Origin: Candidatus Poribacteria bacterium
Lineage (GTDB): Bacteria; Poribacteria; WGA-4E; PCPOR2b
DNA: 64,000 bases
Reading direction: 5' to 3'
Assembly: GCA_965218095.1 (NCBI GenBank)
Contig: OZ244587.1
Location: forward strand, 3,168,001 to 3,232,000
The translations under genes and the position numbers were made by a program. Below, in pieces: positions 1 to 10,248 of this stretch (the stretch's first letter is position 1; each line of letters starts with the position of its first letter). Below the pieces are notes generated by a model. It was given only the letters and a program-made list of their open reading frames with translations. It was not told where the DNA came from and searched no databases.

Positions 1-2
1 AC

Positions 3-584
3 GTCATAGCGCTGGCAGATTTCCTCAATGATTTCCAACTTGCGCTGGCGCACTGCTTCGTGCGAGAAGTCCTGCGCTGTCGTGTACAATTCAAACTCCG
101 GCAGCGTCCCGCGGGTGTTGACCATGAACTCCGGGTGCGTGCGCTTCCAGACGGTCATAGCGTTGGCGTCCATGAAACTGTCATGTACGTCGTTCATGCG
201 CACCGACGCGAACGCCTCCATGCCGTGTTCGTGCGCGAAGCCGCAGACCAGGTGCAGCGGGCAGCGATACTCCCGCACCAGCGTCTTGACGTTTCCCGTT
301 ACCCTGTGCCAGTATTTGACCGGCGCACCTTGGGCGTCACCGTAGATCGGCTGCACCCTGCTGTCGTAGGCCGGGGCGTCAAACTGCCCGCACAGTACCG
401 ACCAGGAGATGGTGCCGACTTGTGTTTCGGCAAGCGGCGCGATCCGATGGGCAAGGAAGCCCTCGGGCGTGTTTGCGTCCTCTAGCGCTAGTTCGTGTGT
501 GTCATCGTTGAAGATGATGCGCCGGGGGCGTTGTGTGGCCTCGACCCGGGCGCGTTTGGCACCGGACCAGTCAGTCTTCGACAT
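3..584 (-). CDS. 5' part of a glycosyl-hydrolase-like (GHL10/DUF187-type TIM barrel) protein, runs off the window start; missing from the ORF track
   Basis: RBS AGGAGAG then ATG at 584; my translation MSKTDWSGAKRARVEATQRPRRIIFNDD...HGMEAFASVRMNDVHD...RQRKLEIIEEICQRYD is open to the edge. Confidence 0.75.
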   Translation of the reverse strand, partial: MSKTDWSGAKRARVEATQRPRRIIFNDDTHELALEDANTPEGFLAHRIAPLAETQVGTISWSVLCGQFDAPAYDSRVQPIYGDAQGAPVKYWHRVTGNVKTLVREYRCPLHLVCGFAHEHGMEAFASVRMNDVHDSFMDANAMTVWKRTHPEFMVNTRGTLPEFELYTTAQDFSHEAVRQRKLEIIEEICQRYD

Positions 585-741
585 ATTTCTCTCCTAGATT
601 ATTGGACATGTTTGTGAATCAACGAAAGATGTGTGACAAGGTCAAGGACGAGAACCGGCGGTGTATTGGGTGATGTTGCCATCGGTCCTACCTTTTCTAA
701 CGGTTTGGCCTTTCGGACTGCTAATTCCGTAACACCCTGAT

Positions 742-1866
742 CTAAACCAGTCGCCAGCGAATGATGACGAAGTCGGTGGCGCCAACGCAGTTGTCCCAGG
801 AGCTCACGTCGCCGTAACACGAGCCGGTCAGGGTAAGCATCTCTTCCCCGTCCAGACAAATCGTCGCTGCGTAGCCGGCCGCATTGCCGTGGCTGAGATA
901 GTACACCTCGTCCCGCCACGTCTCGCCGCCATCGTAGCTGACTACTGCCCTGCCGCTACTCATCTCGCGGGGGTACCGGTGGTCAGTGACGACCACCGCT
1001 CGGTTGTTCGAGAGGCCGACGCCGTATCCGTAGCACTGACCCAACACCGTGGCCAGTTGCCGCGGCGAGGTCCACGTAACGCCCGCGTCGTCCGAATGGG
1101 CCACGAACACATGCTTGTACGGAAATGTGTGCCCGGCCAGGTGGGACCCGGTCCGCTCCAAAAGATCCGGAGGGTCGTCTGGCAGGCTCGGGCGCTGATA
1201 ACGAATCGCCGCCAGCAGTCGGCCCGCGGGCAGTTGGGTCACATTCACTTCACAGCACCATTCGCCAAGCGCCGAGTATTCGGGCCACGTACGCCCACCG
1301 TCCCGTGAACGGTAGATGCGACATACGGCAGGCGCCACTTCAGCCGCTTTTCGATTGCCAATCCGGTCCGCCCCCACCAGCACCGGTACGAGAAGCGTGC
1401 CGTCGTCCAGACGGGTCATGCTGAAGCCCAACGACAGCACATCCGGCGTGCCGATGTCAATCTGCCCGATCTGCTGCCACGTCCTGCCTACATCGTGCGA
1501 CGCCCACACGGTCGGCGGTGCATCGGGGGCCGGGTGACAGACGTTCAACATCGCGCCATCGTCGTCGAACTGCAATCGCCAACCGCCGCATACATCGGGG
1601 TCGCGCTCTAGGCACTCCCACGTTTTGCCGCTGTCGGTCGACTTGTGCAGCAGTGTGTGCTGTGCGGCATAGATCGTGCCATTGAGTGCCTGCACAAGGC
1701 ATAATCGTTGCGTGTGTCCCCGCGGATCGCGCGGCAGCCTGGTTTTCTCCACGGACACCTGCTCCAGCTTTTCGTCACAGACGTGCAGGATGTAGTCGCT
1801 CGCCTGCATTGCCCTCAGTTCAGATGGCTGAACTGACACTCCGCCCATGTTGTGTGTTAAGAGCAT
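742..1866 (-). CDS. BNR/Asp-box (sialidase-fold) protein
   Basis: Repeated SxDxGxTW motifs (STDSGKTW, SHDVGRTW, SRDGGRTW, SDDAGVTW, SYDGGETW); RBS AAGGAGG. Confidence 0.85.
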   Translation of the reverse strand: MLLTHNMGGVSVQPSELRAMQASDYILHVCDEKLEQVSVEKTRLPRDPRGHTQRLCLVQALNGTIYAAQHTLLHKSTDSGKTWECLERDPDVCGGWRLQFDDDGAMLNVCHPAPDAPPTVWASHDVGRTWQQIGQIDIGTPDVLSLGFSMTRLDDGTLLVPVLVGADRIGNRKAAEVAPAVCRIYRSRDGGRTWPEYSALGEWCCEVNVTQLPAGRLLAAIRYQRPSLPDDPPDLLERTGSHLAGHTFPYKHVFVAHSDDAGVTWTSPRQLATVLGQCYGYGVGLSNNRAVVVTDHRYPREMSSGRAVVSYDGGETWRDEVYYLSHGNAAGYAATICLDGEEMLTLTGSCYGDVSSWDNCVGATDFVIIRWRLV

Positions 1867-2169
1867 TGCGCCTCCTTCTGCTATTTGCTATTTACATTGC
1901 TTTCACGGAAACCTCCATGAGGTTCTCATCGCAGGTGTCGTAGAGAAAGAGATTGGTTCTCCATTCGAGCAATTCGATACCGCACGGCGCGGCTTTGCTT
2001 TACAACTTTTCGCTTTCTGGCAAACAATCTCGTAGCCACATGTTTCTGGGAATCTGTACAGCCAACACACATGTAAGAAACGACTTCCCTTCGGTATTCC
2101 AATATGATATGTTGAGGATATTGACTACAAGAGAGACACAACCCTTGCTCCGCCATCGAAACTGAAATA

Positions 2170-2218
2170 TTCGATTCTCTTCCCAGAATGCCCAATCCCG
2201 CTCATTCAACACAGACAT
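2170..2218 (-). pseudogene. N-terminal stub resembling a phytanoyl-CoA dioxygenase (PhyH) start, followed by unrelated sequence
   Basis: MSVLNERDWAFWEEN resembles PhyH N-termini (…FWEENGY); similarity ends abruptly. Confidence 0.4.
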
Positions 2219-2227
2219 GATTTTTTC

Positions 2228-4348
2228 TCATTCATCGACAGCGTGAAAAACTCCGACGCATCCCGGGGGGACTTCCACCTTAAAAACTCCGCCGCTCACT
2301 TCGACCGCCTTGTTGTGGATGAGATCCGTCACTTCCTCGATCGCCCAGTCCACCTCCACCGTCGCCCGTCCCATTTCCCCCGCCACGTTCAGCAAAAAGA
2401 TCAGCGAACCCCCTACCTGTGAAAACCGCCGGAACGCCACCAGTCGATCTCCCTCAATAGAAAAAGGCGATCGCATCCCCAGCGCCTCAAGTTGCGGCAG
2501 CAGCAACTCGGGCGGGGCCACCCCACCGAAGCCCGCTGCCAGGGACAGCCCCCACCACATCAGCCGCTTCCCCGGCAGTTCGACCCCGACCACCTCGCCA
2601 TTGAGTGTCGCCATGGCCCGTGCGTCGCCCCGCGGCTCCAGGATGATGTAGTTGCACGGGTAGGTGAGGGGGAAAGGACCGTACTTGGTCTGCAGGACAT
2701 TCTCACCTACGTCGATTTGTTCCTGGGTAATCTTGTCAAAGTCCACTACCCGCACGGTCACCAGATCCGCCAGCCCTTCGGGCGGGTGGAAGCTCCAGTG
2801 GCCCTTGCCCGCAAAGGAGCCGAAGTGGCCCTCCACGAGCAACGATGGTCCCGCCTCGTCCTCCAGGATCTGGCGAATGCGCTCAATCGCTACCTCGTCC
2901 AAGACTGCGAAGTTGGGCAGGTACACCACCCGGTACTGCGACCAGTCCATGACGGGCGTGACCATAGTGCGCGGCACACTGTGCGCCCACAAGGTCTGGT
3001 GCACCCCCTGGAAATCCGCCTTGAACTGCTCGTCCCACTCTCCCATCCAGTAGATCTCGTTGCTGGGCCCGCTGTACCCCAGAGCCAGTTCGGCCGGCGG
3101 GATCTGGAACGGCAAATGTTCCGCAATGCCATTAATCTGCGCGATGGCCTGTTCGATGGCTTTCCAGCGGCCGGTGGGCTCGCCGTCCAGGGAAACCAGG
3201 CTGAGCCCGGGCGCCTCAAAGGTCATGTACTCGGGCCGGTACTCCCAGTAGAGCGCACCGGCCGCACCTTCGATCAGAGCCAACCACAAATAGATCGTGG
3301 ACTCTTCCGGGGTGGTCTGCCTTTCCCGCTGCGACAATCCGCCCACGAAGTTGGAGTAGATCTCCTCGTCCCACCAGCGCCCGTTGCGCCCCACGGCGCG
3401 CGACCACTGGAAGCCGATGCACTCGTTGGCCATTTTGTAGGGGTCGTCGCTGGTGAGCCGGTCGGCCGAGTGGTGCGACAGCCCCCAGCTATCGATTCGC
3501 GCACTGCAGATCTCGTCGCATGCCCGCGGGAACGGGCCGCCGTGTGAGCGTTGCTCGTGGGCGCCGTCCAGTTGATCGATCAGGTCGGCGAGCCAGCCTA
3601 AGTGGTCGGCCATGTTCCAGTGGTGAAACTGCCGGTAGAGCAGCATCTCCACCTGGGCGGCTTTGTGGCGCGGTGCGTCCACGTCCTTCCACGATCTGTA
3701 GCGCCGCAGCAGATGCTCGTTGAGTTCGTCCAGGGTGAAGCGCTGTTTCAGCCAGGTCCTGTACTTTTCAATGGTGTAATCGTTGTAGGGCGGGTATCCG
3801 TCCCCACCTGACCAGGCCCCGGCGAAACTGATTCCGTCCCAGGTGCCCCATATCCCCAAACCCGAGTGGCCCTTGTAGCGCGGCACGATCTCGCGAATAA
3901 AGCGCTCCACGTACTCGCGCCACTTGGGGTGGTCGAAGTTGTGGATCATCGACCCCTGTGGCGCCCAAACGCCGGCCGTAGGATGCTGGATGCTGCCGTC
4001 CGGCCATTCGACCCGCATGTCTGGGTGCTCCTCTATCATCCACTCCGGACACGACATGTGGGTGCCCACCGGGGTATCCAGCCAGACCTTCAAATCGTGC
4101 TTGGCCGCTAGGTCGAGCATCAGGTCGAGGTCATCGAACTCGAATTGTTCAGGCACAGGCTCGGCCCAGTGCCACAGGTAGAAAGTGCGCACGATCTGCA
4201 TCCCGGCGGCGCTGATGCGCGCAAAATCCTCGTCCCAGAACTCGGGCGGCGGCACCGGGGGCCGGTAGTAGGCTACCCCCACCTGGAAGGGGCGTGCTGG
4301 GTCCACGGGAAATTCCTTGGGGTGGCTGCTGAGTTTTGTTTCACTCAT
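2228..4348 (-). CDS. GH42-like beta-galactosidase with trimerization domain
   Basis: GVAYY…FWDEDFARISAAGMQIVR…WAEPVPEQFEFDDLD; C-terminal LPNF/class I GATase-like region. Confidence 0.8.
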   Translation of the reverse strand: MSETKLSSHPKEFPVDPARPFQVGVAYYRPPVPPPEFWDEDFARISAAGMQIVRTFYLWHWAEPVPEQFEFDDLDLMLDLAAKHDLKVWLDTPVGTHMSCPEWMIEEHPDMRVEWPDGSIQHPTAGVWAPQGSMIHNFDHPKWREYVERFIREIVPRYKGHSGLGIWGTWDGISFAGAWSGGDGYPPYNDYTIEKYRTWLKQRFTLDELNEHLLRRYRSWKDVDAPRHKAAQVEMLLYRQFHHWNMADHLGWLADLIDQLDGAHEQRSHGGPFPRACDEICSARIDSWGLSHHSADRLTSDDPYKMANECIGFQWSRAVGRNGRWWDEEIYSNFVGGLSQRERQTTPEESTIYLWLALIEGAAGALYWEYRPEYMTFEAPGLSLVSLDGEPTGRWKAIEQAIAQINGIAEHLPFQIPPAELALGYSGPSNEIYWMGEWDEQFKADFQGVHQTLWAHSVPRTMVTPVMDWSQYRVVYLPNFAVLDEVAIERIRQILEDEAGPSLLVEGHFGSFAGKGHWSFHPPEGLADLVTVRVVDFDKITQEQIDVGENVLQTKYGPFPLTYPCNYIILEPRGDARAMATLNGEVVGVELPGKRLMWWGLSLAAGFGGVAPPELLLPQLEALGMRSPFSIEGDRLVAFRRFSQVGGSLIFLLNVAGEMGRATVEVDWAIEEVTDLIHNKAVEVSGGVFKVEVPPGCVGVFHAVDE

Positions 4349-4385
4349 CGTGATAGTTACCTTGGGAAGATAGGGTAAAAATGCA

Positions 4386-4591
4386 CTTAGTGGCCTGCTA
4401 TCGTTTGATAGGTCACCATTTCCTCCATGAACCAGATGTATTCTGTCACACCCAACCCCATCATCGGGCGCCGATAGATGTATCTGCTTTGTCCCGCTCG
4501 AATCCGCTCAATGATCCCAACAGATGATGTCGATTTTGACTCTATCATATCAGAAAATGTCTCGTCTGTCAAACTAAAGCAGGCCACTAAG
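4386..4591. mobile_element. MITE-like internally deleted IS remnant
   Basis: 14-bp perfect terminal IR CTTAGTGGCCTGCT/AGCAGGCCACTAAG; minus-strand RRPMMGLGVTEYIWFMEEM resembles the IS1-like transposase C-terminus (RTPAMAAGLTDHIWSxEE). Confidence 0.6.
4544..4572 (-). promoter_or_regulatory. sigma70-type promoter inside the MITE, facing the GH42 gene
   Basis: TTGACA-17 nt-TATGAT with TGn extension. Confidence 0.55.
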
Positions 4592-4699
4592 CATTTTATC
4601 TACTGTTTTTACCTTGACTTTGTTAGATTATAAAGAGCTCATCAGCAGGTCCACTGGTGGCTCCGGTCTTCGACCGAAAATCTTCGACTTGTCCCCGGC

Positions 4700-4800
4700 C
4701 CCTGCCCTCCTTAATTCCCCAACTTTGGAGGGAAGGGGAGCATCGCACAAACTCCCCCCAGCCTGTCCCGATTCCTCAGGGAATTGGGGGCCGGGGGGCG
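4700..4800. repeat. REP-like GC-rich palindromic repeat cluster
   Basis: CTCCCCCCA…TTGGGGGGCCGGGGGG with an embedded GCCTGTCCCGATTCCTCAGGGA. Confidence 0.4.
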
Positions 4801-4876
4801 AATGTAATTATCAAAAACCATCATTTTTTCGGATCGACACCATGTCAAATTAAAATATTCAGAAAACGCGCAACCT

Positions 4877-6463
4877 TCAGTGCCACGCCTCTATGCGTAT
4901 CCGTCCAATTCTAGGTGTATTGGCCAGGCTGTTCGCACCCAGAACCAGCCTCAGCCTCCAGCGTTGGCTCGAAAGCGAACCGAGACAGATCTGGTTCGAT
5001 CCATCGTAGAGTTCACGCCAGTCCGAATCTGCATCCGGTTTGCCATCCTCATCGTTATCAAACTCGATCATTACCCTCGCCCGCTTCCCTCCAAAGGTAT
5101 ACTCCTCAACATCGGCTACCGTTGAATCGCTATTCGCATAATACGTAGCAGCGACAAAGGTGTTATCGACACGCCGCTTCAAGTCACCATACCCTGTATC
5201 TGTGCCGGGCTGCATTGGTCCGTGCAGAAGCTCCGGTCCATTCCATGAACTGCCATTGTCATCAGACCAATACACCGCAGGTTTTCGGGTATAACCGCCT
5301 CCGTTGCTGTGCAAACCAAAACCCCAAAGACGGCCTGTACCCTTTGAATAATCCAGCCGATTGCCATGCTGAAAATAGGGATTACTTTCCTTGTAGAGTC
5401 TCGCTCGCTGCCATACACCGTTCGGAACGCCGCCGTTGATTTGACTGCAAATGTCCACAAGTGGACTGAAGGAAGCTCCCATGTCTGTGCTCATGGATTG
5501 CCAGGTGTGTCTGTTGCCGGCGGCGTCCCGCAACACCGCCACAATCGTTCGGTTCCCCACATACTCGATGGCCGGTTCAAATGTCGCGCCTCCGTCCGGC
5601 GCCTTTTCGTCGGCTAACGGACCGATCCAGCTCACGAAACTGTAGTTTTTACAGTTGTCCCTGGACCGCGCCAGCAACGTCCCGGCTTTGCCATTGTAAT
5701 GGAAATATTGAAAGGCCATGTAAATATCTGAGGGATTGTCGGGGTCGATAAAATAATCTTCTGTTCCGATTACGCGGTCGTCCTCGGCGCCTGTCACGCC
5801 TAACACACGAATTCTATCGATGTCCAGATTCCACGTCTTTCCATTGTCAGTCGAACGCAGTTGTTTTGTTCCGGAGGTGGAGCTGGTTCGCCAGAATTGC
5901 AGTATGAGGTCACCGTTGGGTGTTCGGTAAAGCCCTGGCTCGCTGTGGGTATGCCCATCCTCATAAGGCATCCCGGCAATTGGATTCCCATCGAACCATT
6001 GATTTAGGGCGCTCCAGGTCCTGCCTTCGTCATTGGAGGTGATGAGATGTATGGTATCCCGCTTTCCCCAGGAAATGTGATTGAGACCTGACCGCAGTGC
6101 CATGATCCAGCGATGCTCATCAATGACGGCGATCATGCACCTGCCGTACCAATCGTGAGGTGTTTGGCTGGCGTCGGCATAAGGTGTCTCCGAACCTCTG
6201 ATAACGACTTCTATCGTCTTGTTGTCGAACAGGTCAAGCTCGGCCTCGACTATGAGCTTGACCGACCGGATAGGGCCCCTCCAGCTTTGCCAGGTGCTCG
6301 TCCACTGGCCCTCGCCGGCGCCCTGTGGCGCCAGCCCACCCTCTGGATCGATCAAGGCGTCGATCGAGGCTGTTGCCTCTTTCCACTCTGAAGTTGATCC
6401 AATGGTCCAGGTCTCGTCCGCGCAACGCTCATCCACGCAAACGTTGTTATCTAGCTGCTTCAT
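4877..6463 (-). CDS. BNR/sialidase-family protein
   Basis: SNDEGRTW, STDNGKTW, STDMGASF, SDDNGSSW and DTGYGD; RBS AAGGAG before MKQLD at 6463. Confidence 0.8.
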   Translation of the reverse strand: MKQLDNNVCVDERCADETWTIGSTSEWKEATASIDALIDPEGGLAPQGAGEGQWTSTWQSWRGPIRSVKLIVEAELDLFDNKTIEVVIRGSETPYADASQTPHDWYGRCMIAVIDEHRWIMALRSGLNHISWGKRDTIHLITSNDEGRTWSALNQWFDGNPIAGMPYEDGHTHSEPGLYRTPNGDLILQFWRTSSTSGTKQLRSTDNGKTWNLDIDRIRVLGVTGAEDDRVIGTEDYFIDPDNPSDIYMAFQYFHYNGKAGTLLARSRDNCKNYSFVSWIGPLADEKAPDGGATFEPAIEYVGNRTIVAVLRDAAGNRHTWQSMSTDMGASFSPLVDICSQINGGVPNGVWQRARLYKESNPYFQHGNRLDYSKGTGRLWGFGLHSNGGGYTRKPAVYWSDDNGSSWNGPELLHGPMQPGTDTGYGDLKRRVDNTFVAATYYANSDSTVADVEEYTFGGKRARVMIEFDNDEDGKPDADSDWRELYDGSNQICLGSLSSQRWRLRLVLGANSLANTPRIGRIRIEAWH

Positions 6464-6918
6464 TTCGTTTAATCTCCTTTGAATAGTATGATCTCTACAT
6501 ATGTGAACTATTTTACCCATTTTCCACGCTCCAGTCAACTCAAATGAGGGTTTTTTCATGTTTTCATTGACGGCAACCTTCGAGCATGCTACAATCGCTC
6601 AACGCTTATAAGCCATGATTCTTTTTGTTGAGACAGTAACTGTTCACCTAGCCTGTGGATATGACAACACATGAAAGGATTTATCGAATTTAGACTCAAA
6701 ATCGTGCGCCGATTCGTTTAATCCTAAGATTCGCTGTTATATGCGGCCGAACGAACATAGTACCTGAACGGTTACGTTGGCTCTACGACTGGTTTTGTGT
6801 TTTTGTCCGGCGGCGAAAATGCCAAAAAACGATAACGATAAGTTACCAGGTCCAAGAATCAATGTGATAGTGCAGACAATGGATACGAATTCTAGTATTT
6901 CAAACGTGAGGATCTGTT

Positions 6919-8913
6919 ATGCTCTCGAAGAATCTTCTCCCCAATGCCAGTTTCGAACTCGACTTCGGTGATACCGTACCGACGAACTGGGGGGATACTC
7001 AAAACGAGTTGACGTTGCAGTTGCATGTTGCTTTGAATCCCGATGAAATCGGGGCGACCGGACAGGCGCCGCAGACGCCCCCGCGCAGTGAACCCGTCGG
7101 TGATGCGGTCAATGGTGAGTGGGCGGCGCGGATTGAGACGGAAGAAGGTAGCAGTCGGGCTGTCGGACATCTCATCTCGCCGATGGTGAGCGTTGAACCT
7201 TGTACGCCGCATACAATTTCGGTTTGCGCGCGGAGCGATGACCCGTCGGCGAAGCTAGAGATCGGCTTGTGGACGCGGCCGGTGGACTTTACACAGACGC
7301 CCGATGCGCTTAGTTATCCGATGTCGCTTTCGACGACATGGCAGCGGTACGAGTTCACGTGCTGCACAGACGAGCTTGAAGAGCGTGCTGTCGTCGACTT
7401 CAAAGTCACGGCCGACCATACGAGCACGGTGGTCTGGTTCGACGTGGCCCAATTGGAGCAGGGGCCGCGGGCGACGGAGTTCGAAACGCGGCGGATAGTT
7501 GAGGCGGCGGTTGCGGGTCGGCGGGAGCGGCCGCTGATTCACCTCAATGATGGGCCGCTTGAACTGTATCTCACGACGTACAACCACGCAGCCGAGCCCC
7601 TCAACGAGCCGATCGCGTTGGAGGTCAGCGAGCTGATCAGCGGGCGTGTGATTTTCGTCCATACGATTACTGACCCTGTCGCGCCGGGTCGAAGCGAGCG
7701 CAAACTCTCGCTGGATTTTCCGTTCATTGGCGAGTTCCGCGCTCGGCTTATCGCCGGCGAGCAGATCAGCCCGGAGGATTACATTTTCGTCAACTACCCG
7801 GTGTTCGAGGAAACGTATCAGGGGGTCATGTATACGAAGCACAGCGCGGTGCACGAAATTCCCGCCGAGCGCAGCGTGCTGCCGTGGACCAACGACAGTA
7901 ACTGGTATGCTGACACGCAGGCGACTTTGATTGTCACGGACGACGACGTGATTCACGCGCAGGTGAGCGACGGCCACACGGTCATGCGCACCCGTGACGG
8001 CGGGCGAACTTGGGACAATCTGCAGGTGACCAAATCGATCAACTCCGTGCTGCGCGACGGTACGTTTCTGGCGGTGGAATTCGAGGACGAGACGTTGCAT
8101 ATATCGCGGTCGCGCGATCAGGGAAGGACATGGCAGCCGCTCGGGCGAATTGAGGCCAAGAATTCCGTGTGGCCGCAGAAGGGGCCGATAGAACAATTGC
8201 GCGATGAGTCGCTGATCATACCGGTTGGCATTATTGGCGTTGGTGCGGCGGCGGGGCCACTTACGGTGCATGCGTTTCGCTCGACCGATGGGGGCATGAC
8301 CTGGTCGGACGGTGCGCCGATCTGTCCGGGCGGTGAACCGCAGATCCTTGAATTGCAATCGGGGCGTCTGCTCGCTTTCTGTCGTAACAATCCGCGGATC
8401 CCGCCCAGCGATTTACAACGCCCGTTTCGCAACGAAGGTCCATGGCGGTTGTGGCAGCGTTTTCAAGGCGCTCGCGGTCTGTCCTCGTATACGAAGCGGA
8501 TGACGCTAGCTGAGTCGGACGATGGTGGACAGACGTGGTATGGCCAGCGGCCCGCGACGTTTTTGCTCGACGAAATACACGGCGGCGGAGTACAACTGCC
8601 GGACGGGCGGGTGGTCTTTCTTTATACACACCGCGGCCCGACGTATCGCGGCGGGGAGCGGGCGAAAGTAAGTTGCGATGAAGGGCGAACCTGGCGCGAT
8701 GAATTGTATTTCATGACCGCAACGCCTGCATACCCGGGCTACTCCGGCAGTTGCGTGCTGCCGCCCCATCTGGCCGACGGTAAGCCGGGCATGATTCTGT
8801 CGCTCGTCGGTGAGCGGTCGGAACGTAACTGGGGCAGCGAAGGCCCGGCGACGGCGGAGGGCTTTAAGTACATGCCGCGCATCCAGGCGATTCGTTGGCG
8901 ACCGGTAAAATGA
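6919..8913 (+). CDS. CBM4/9-like N-terminal domain plus BNR/sialidase domain
   Basis: NLLPNASFE and LSTTWQRYEF (CBM-like); several Asp boxes in the C-terminal half. Confidence 0.8.
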   Translation: MLSKNLLPNASFELDFGDTVPTNWGDTQNELTLQLHVALNPDEIGATGQAPQTPPRSEPVGDAVNGEWAARIETEEGSSRAVGHLISPMVSVEPCTPHTISVCARSDDPSAKLEIGLWTRPVDFTQTPDALSYPMSLSTTWQRYEFTCCTDELEERAVVDFKVTADHTSTVVWFDVAQLEQGPRATEFETRRIVEAAVAGRRERPLIHLNDGPLELYLTTYNHAAEPLNEPIALEVSELISGRVIFVHTITDPVAPGRSERKLSLDFPFIGEFRARLIAGEQISPEDYIFVNYPVFEETYQGVMYTKHSAVHEIPAERSVLPWTNDSNWYADTQATLIVTDDDVIHAQVSDGHTVMRTRDGGRTWDNLQVTKSINSVLRDGTFLAVEFEDETLHISRSRDQGRTWQPLGRIEAKNSVWPQKGPIEQLRDESLIIPVGIIGVGAAAGPLTVHAFRSTDGGMTWSDGAPICPGGEPQILELQSGRLLAFCRNNPRIPPSDLQRPFRNEGPWRLWQRFQGARGLSSYTKRMTLAESDDGGQTWYGQRPATFLLDEIHGGGVQLPDGRVVFLYTHRGPTYRGGERAKVSCDEGRTWRDELYFMTATPAYPGYSGSCVLPPHLADGKPGMILSLVGERSERNWGSEGPATAEGFKYMPRIQAIRWRPVK

Positions 8914-9016
8914 GCAATGACCGATTCATCCCCCACGGATTAGGGGGCCAGACTCACCCGTCGGCGGGCTCAGGGCAGGCTCTAATCTGTGAGGGCTTTT
9001 CGGAAGATAAGATAAA

Positions 9017-9107
9017 AGCTCATGTTAAGACTTCGTGCAAAGGCAAAATTCACACCAATGATTTCGCGGATTCTCTAACACTTTTGCACTTTCTTTTGAC
9101 ATGAGCC
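9017..9107. mobile_element. 91-bp MITE with ends like the IS1595 relic at 22594-23486
   Basis: GCTCATGTTAAGACTTCGTGCAA…TTGCACTTTCTTTTGACATGAGCC versus GGCTCATGTAAAAAATGAGTGCAA…TTGCACTAACTTTTAACATGAGCC. Confidence 0.6.
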
Positions 9108-9172
9108 ACCTTTTGGTTATTATCATGTATTTTGCGGATAGTGAAAAAAACGGTCATTAACTGCGCTTTTCA

Positions 9173-9240
9173 GTCATCATTCTGAGTGAAACGAAGAATC
9201 TCCCTGCATGAGAGATTCTTCACGGAGCTTGCCGAAGTGA
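9173..9240. repeat. REP-like element
   Basis: GTCATCATTCTGAGTGAAACGAAGAATCTC…GAGATTCTTC hairpin. Confidence 0.5.
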
Positions 9241-9292
9241 TGGCAAATCTGTGCCCATGCTGAGTATACTCAAACCTTTAGGAGAAAATACG

Positions 9293-10132
9293 ATGAATCG
9301 AAGGCAATTTTTAGGGCTTATGCTCATCGGCATGGTCATGTTAAGCGGTGTCGCCTTATGGGTCAATGGTTGGGGACAGGCGCCCGAAAAACCCCAAATC
9401 GCTTTCGACCGCAAAGTCAATGGGCTGCGCTGGGAAATTCATCTCATGGATATCGATGGGAAAAACGTGCAAAACCTCACAAAGGGGATTGCTGTGGATT
9501 TTTCGCCTACATGGTCACCGGATGGGAAACGGATTGCTTTCGGGTCCAAACGAGGAAACGGCGGAATCTATGTCATGGATGCCGATGGGGAAAATGTCCG
9601 TCTGCTGACGGATCATCCAGCGGTCACAAACCTTCCCGCGTGGTCGCCGGATGGTCAACAGATTGTCTTTGCCTCGTCGGGTCGGCAAAAAGGCGATTTT
9701 GACATCTATGCGATGGACGCCGATGAAGGAGATGGAGGAAATGTACACCCCTTGACCGACGATCCCGCAAGCGATACCCATCCCGCGTGGTCGCCGGATG
9801 GTCGACAGATTGCCTTCAGTTCCGCTAGAGCGGGGGGCGGTATTTATGTGATGGACGCCAATGGCAGGAATGTCCGCCGGCTCACATTTTTTGAAGAAGA
9901 CCAAGGACCAGCGTGGTCGCTAGATGGTCGAAGGATTGCCTTTACGTCTCTTCGGGACGCAAATCCTGAGATTTATGTGATGGACGCCGACGGCAGGAAC
10001 CAGCAACGGTTGACCCATCATCGCACAATTGACTCAGACCCCGCATGGTTTGACCCCGCATTTGCTCGTTCTGTCGCTCCGGCAGGCAAGCAGGCGACGA
10101 TATGGGGATGGCTCAAGCAGTTGAGCCGATAG
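9293..10132 (+). CDS. TolB-like PD40 beta-propeller with Tat-like signal and C-terminal GKxATxWGxLK tag
   Basis: MNRRQFL; repeated PAWSPDG; ends VAPAGKQATIWGWLKQ. Confidence 0.85.
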   Translation: MNRRQFLGLMLIGMVMLSGVALWVNGWGQAPEKPQIAFDRKVNGLRWEIHLMDIDGKNVQNLTKGIAVDFSPTWSPDGKRIAFGSKRGNGGIYVMDADGENVRLLTDHPAVTNLPAWSPDGQQIVFASSGRQKGDFDIYAMDADEGDGGNVHPLTDDPASDTHPAWSPDGRQIAFSSARAGGGIYVMDANGRNVRRLTFFEEDQGPAWSLDGRRIAFTSLRDANPEIYVMDADGRNQQRLTHHRTIDSDPAWFDPAFARSVAPAGKQATIWGWLKQLSR

Positions 10133-10248
10133 TCGCTGCCCTAGGCAATGTGCGCTAGTATCAGGGTCTAATCTCAGCCGGAGAATGCAGTTGTCACTCA
10201 AGCACCGCCAGTTTTTCTGAGAGGGATCAGGAGAGTCAGGAGGATTAC

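Noticed and set aside
2492-3547. Long antisense ORFs (also 7255-8358 and 23529-24695)
   Set aside because: Shadows of GC-rich genes on the opposite strand with no protein motifs
6730-6785. Possible integron attC site (GTTATAT; GCCGAAC…GTTGGCT)
   Set aside because: Poor internal symmetry, no integrase and no cassette array
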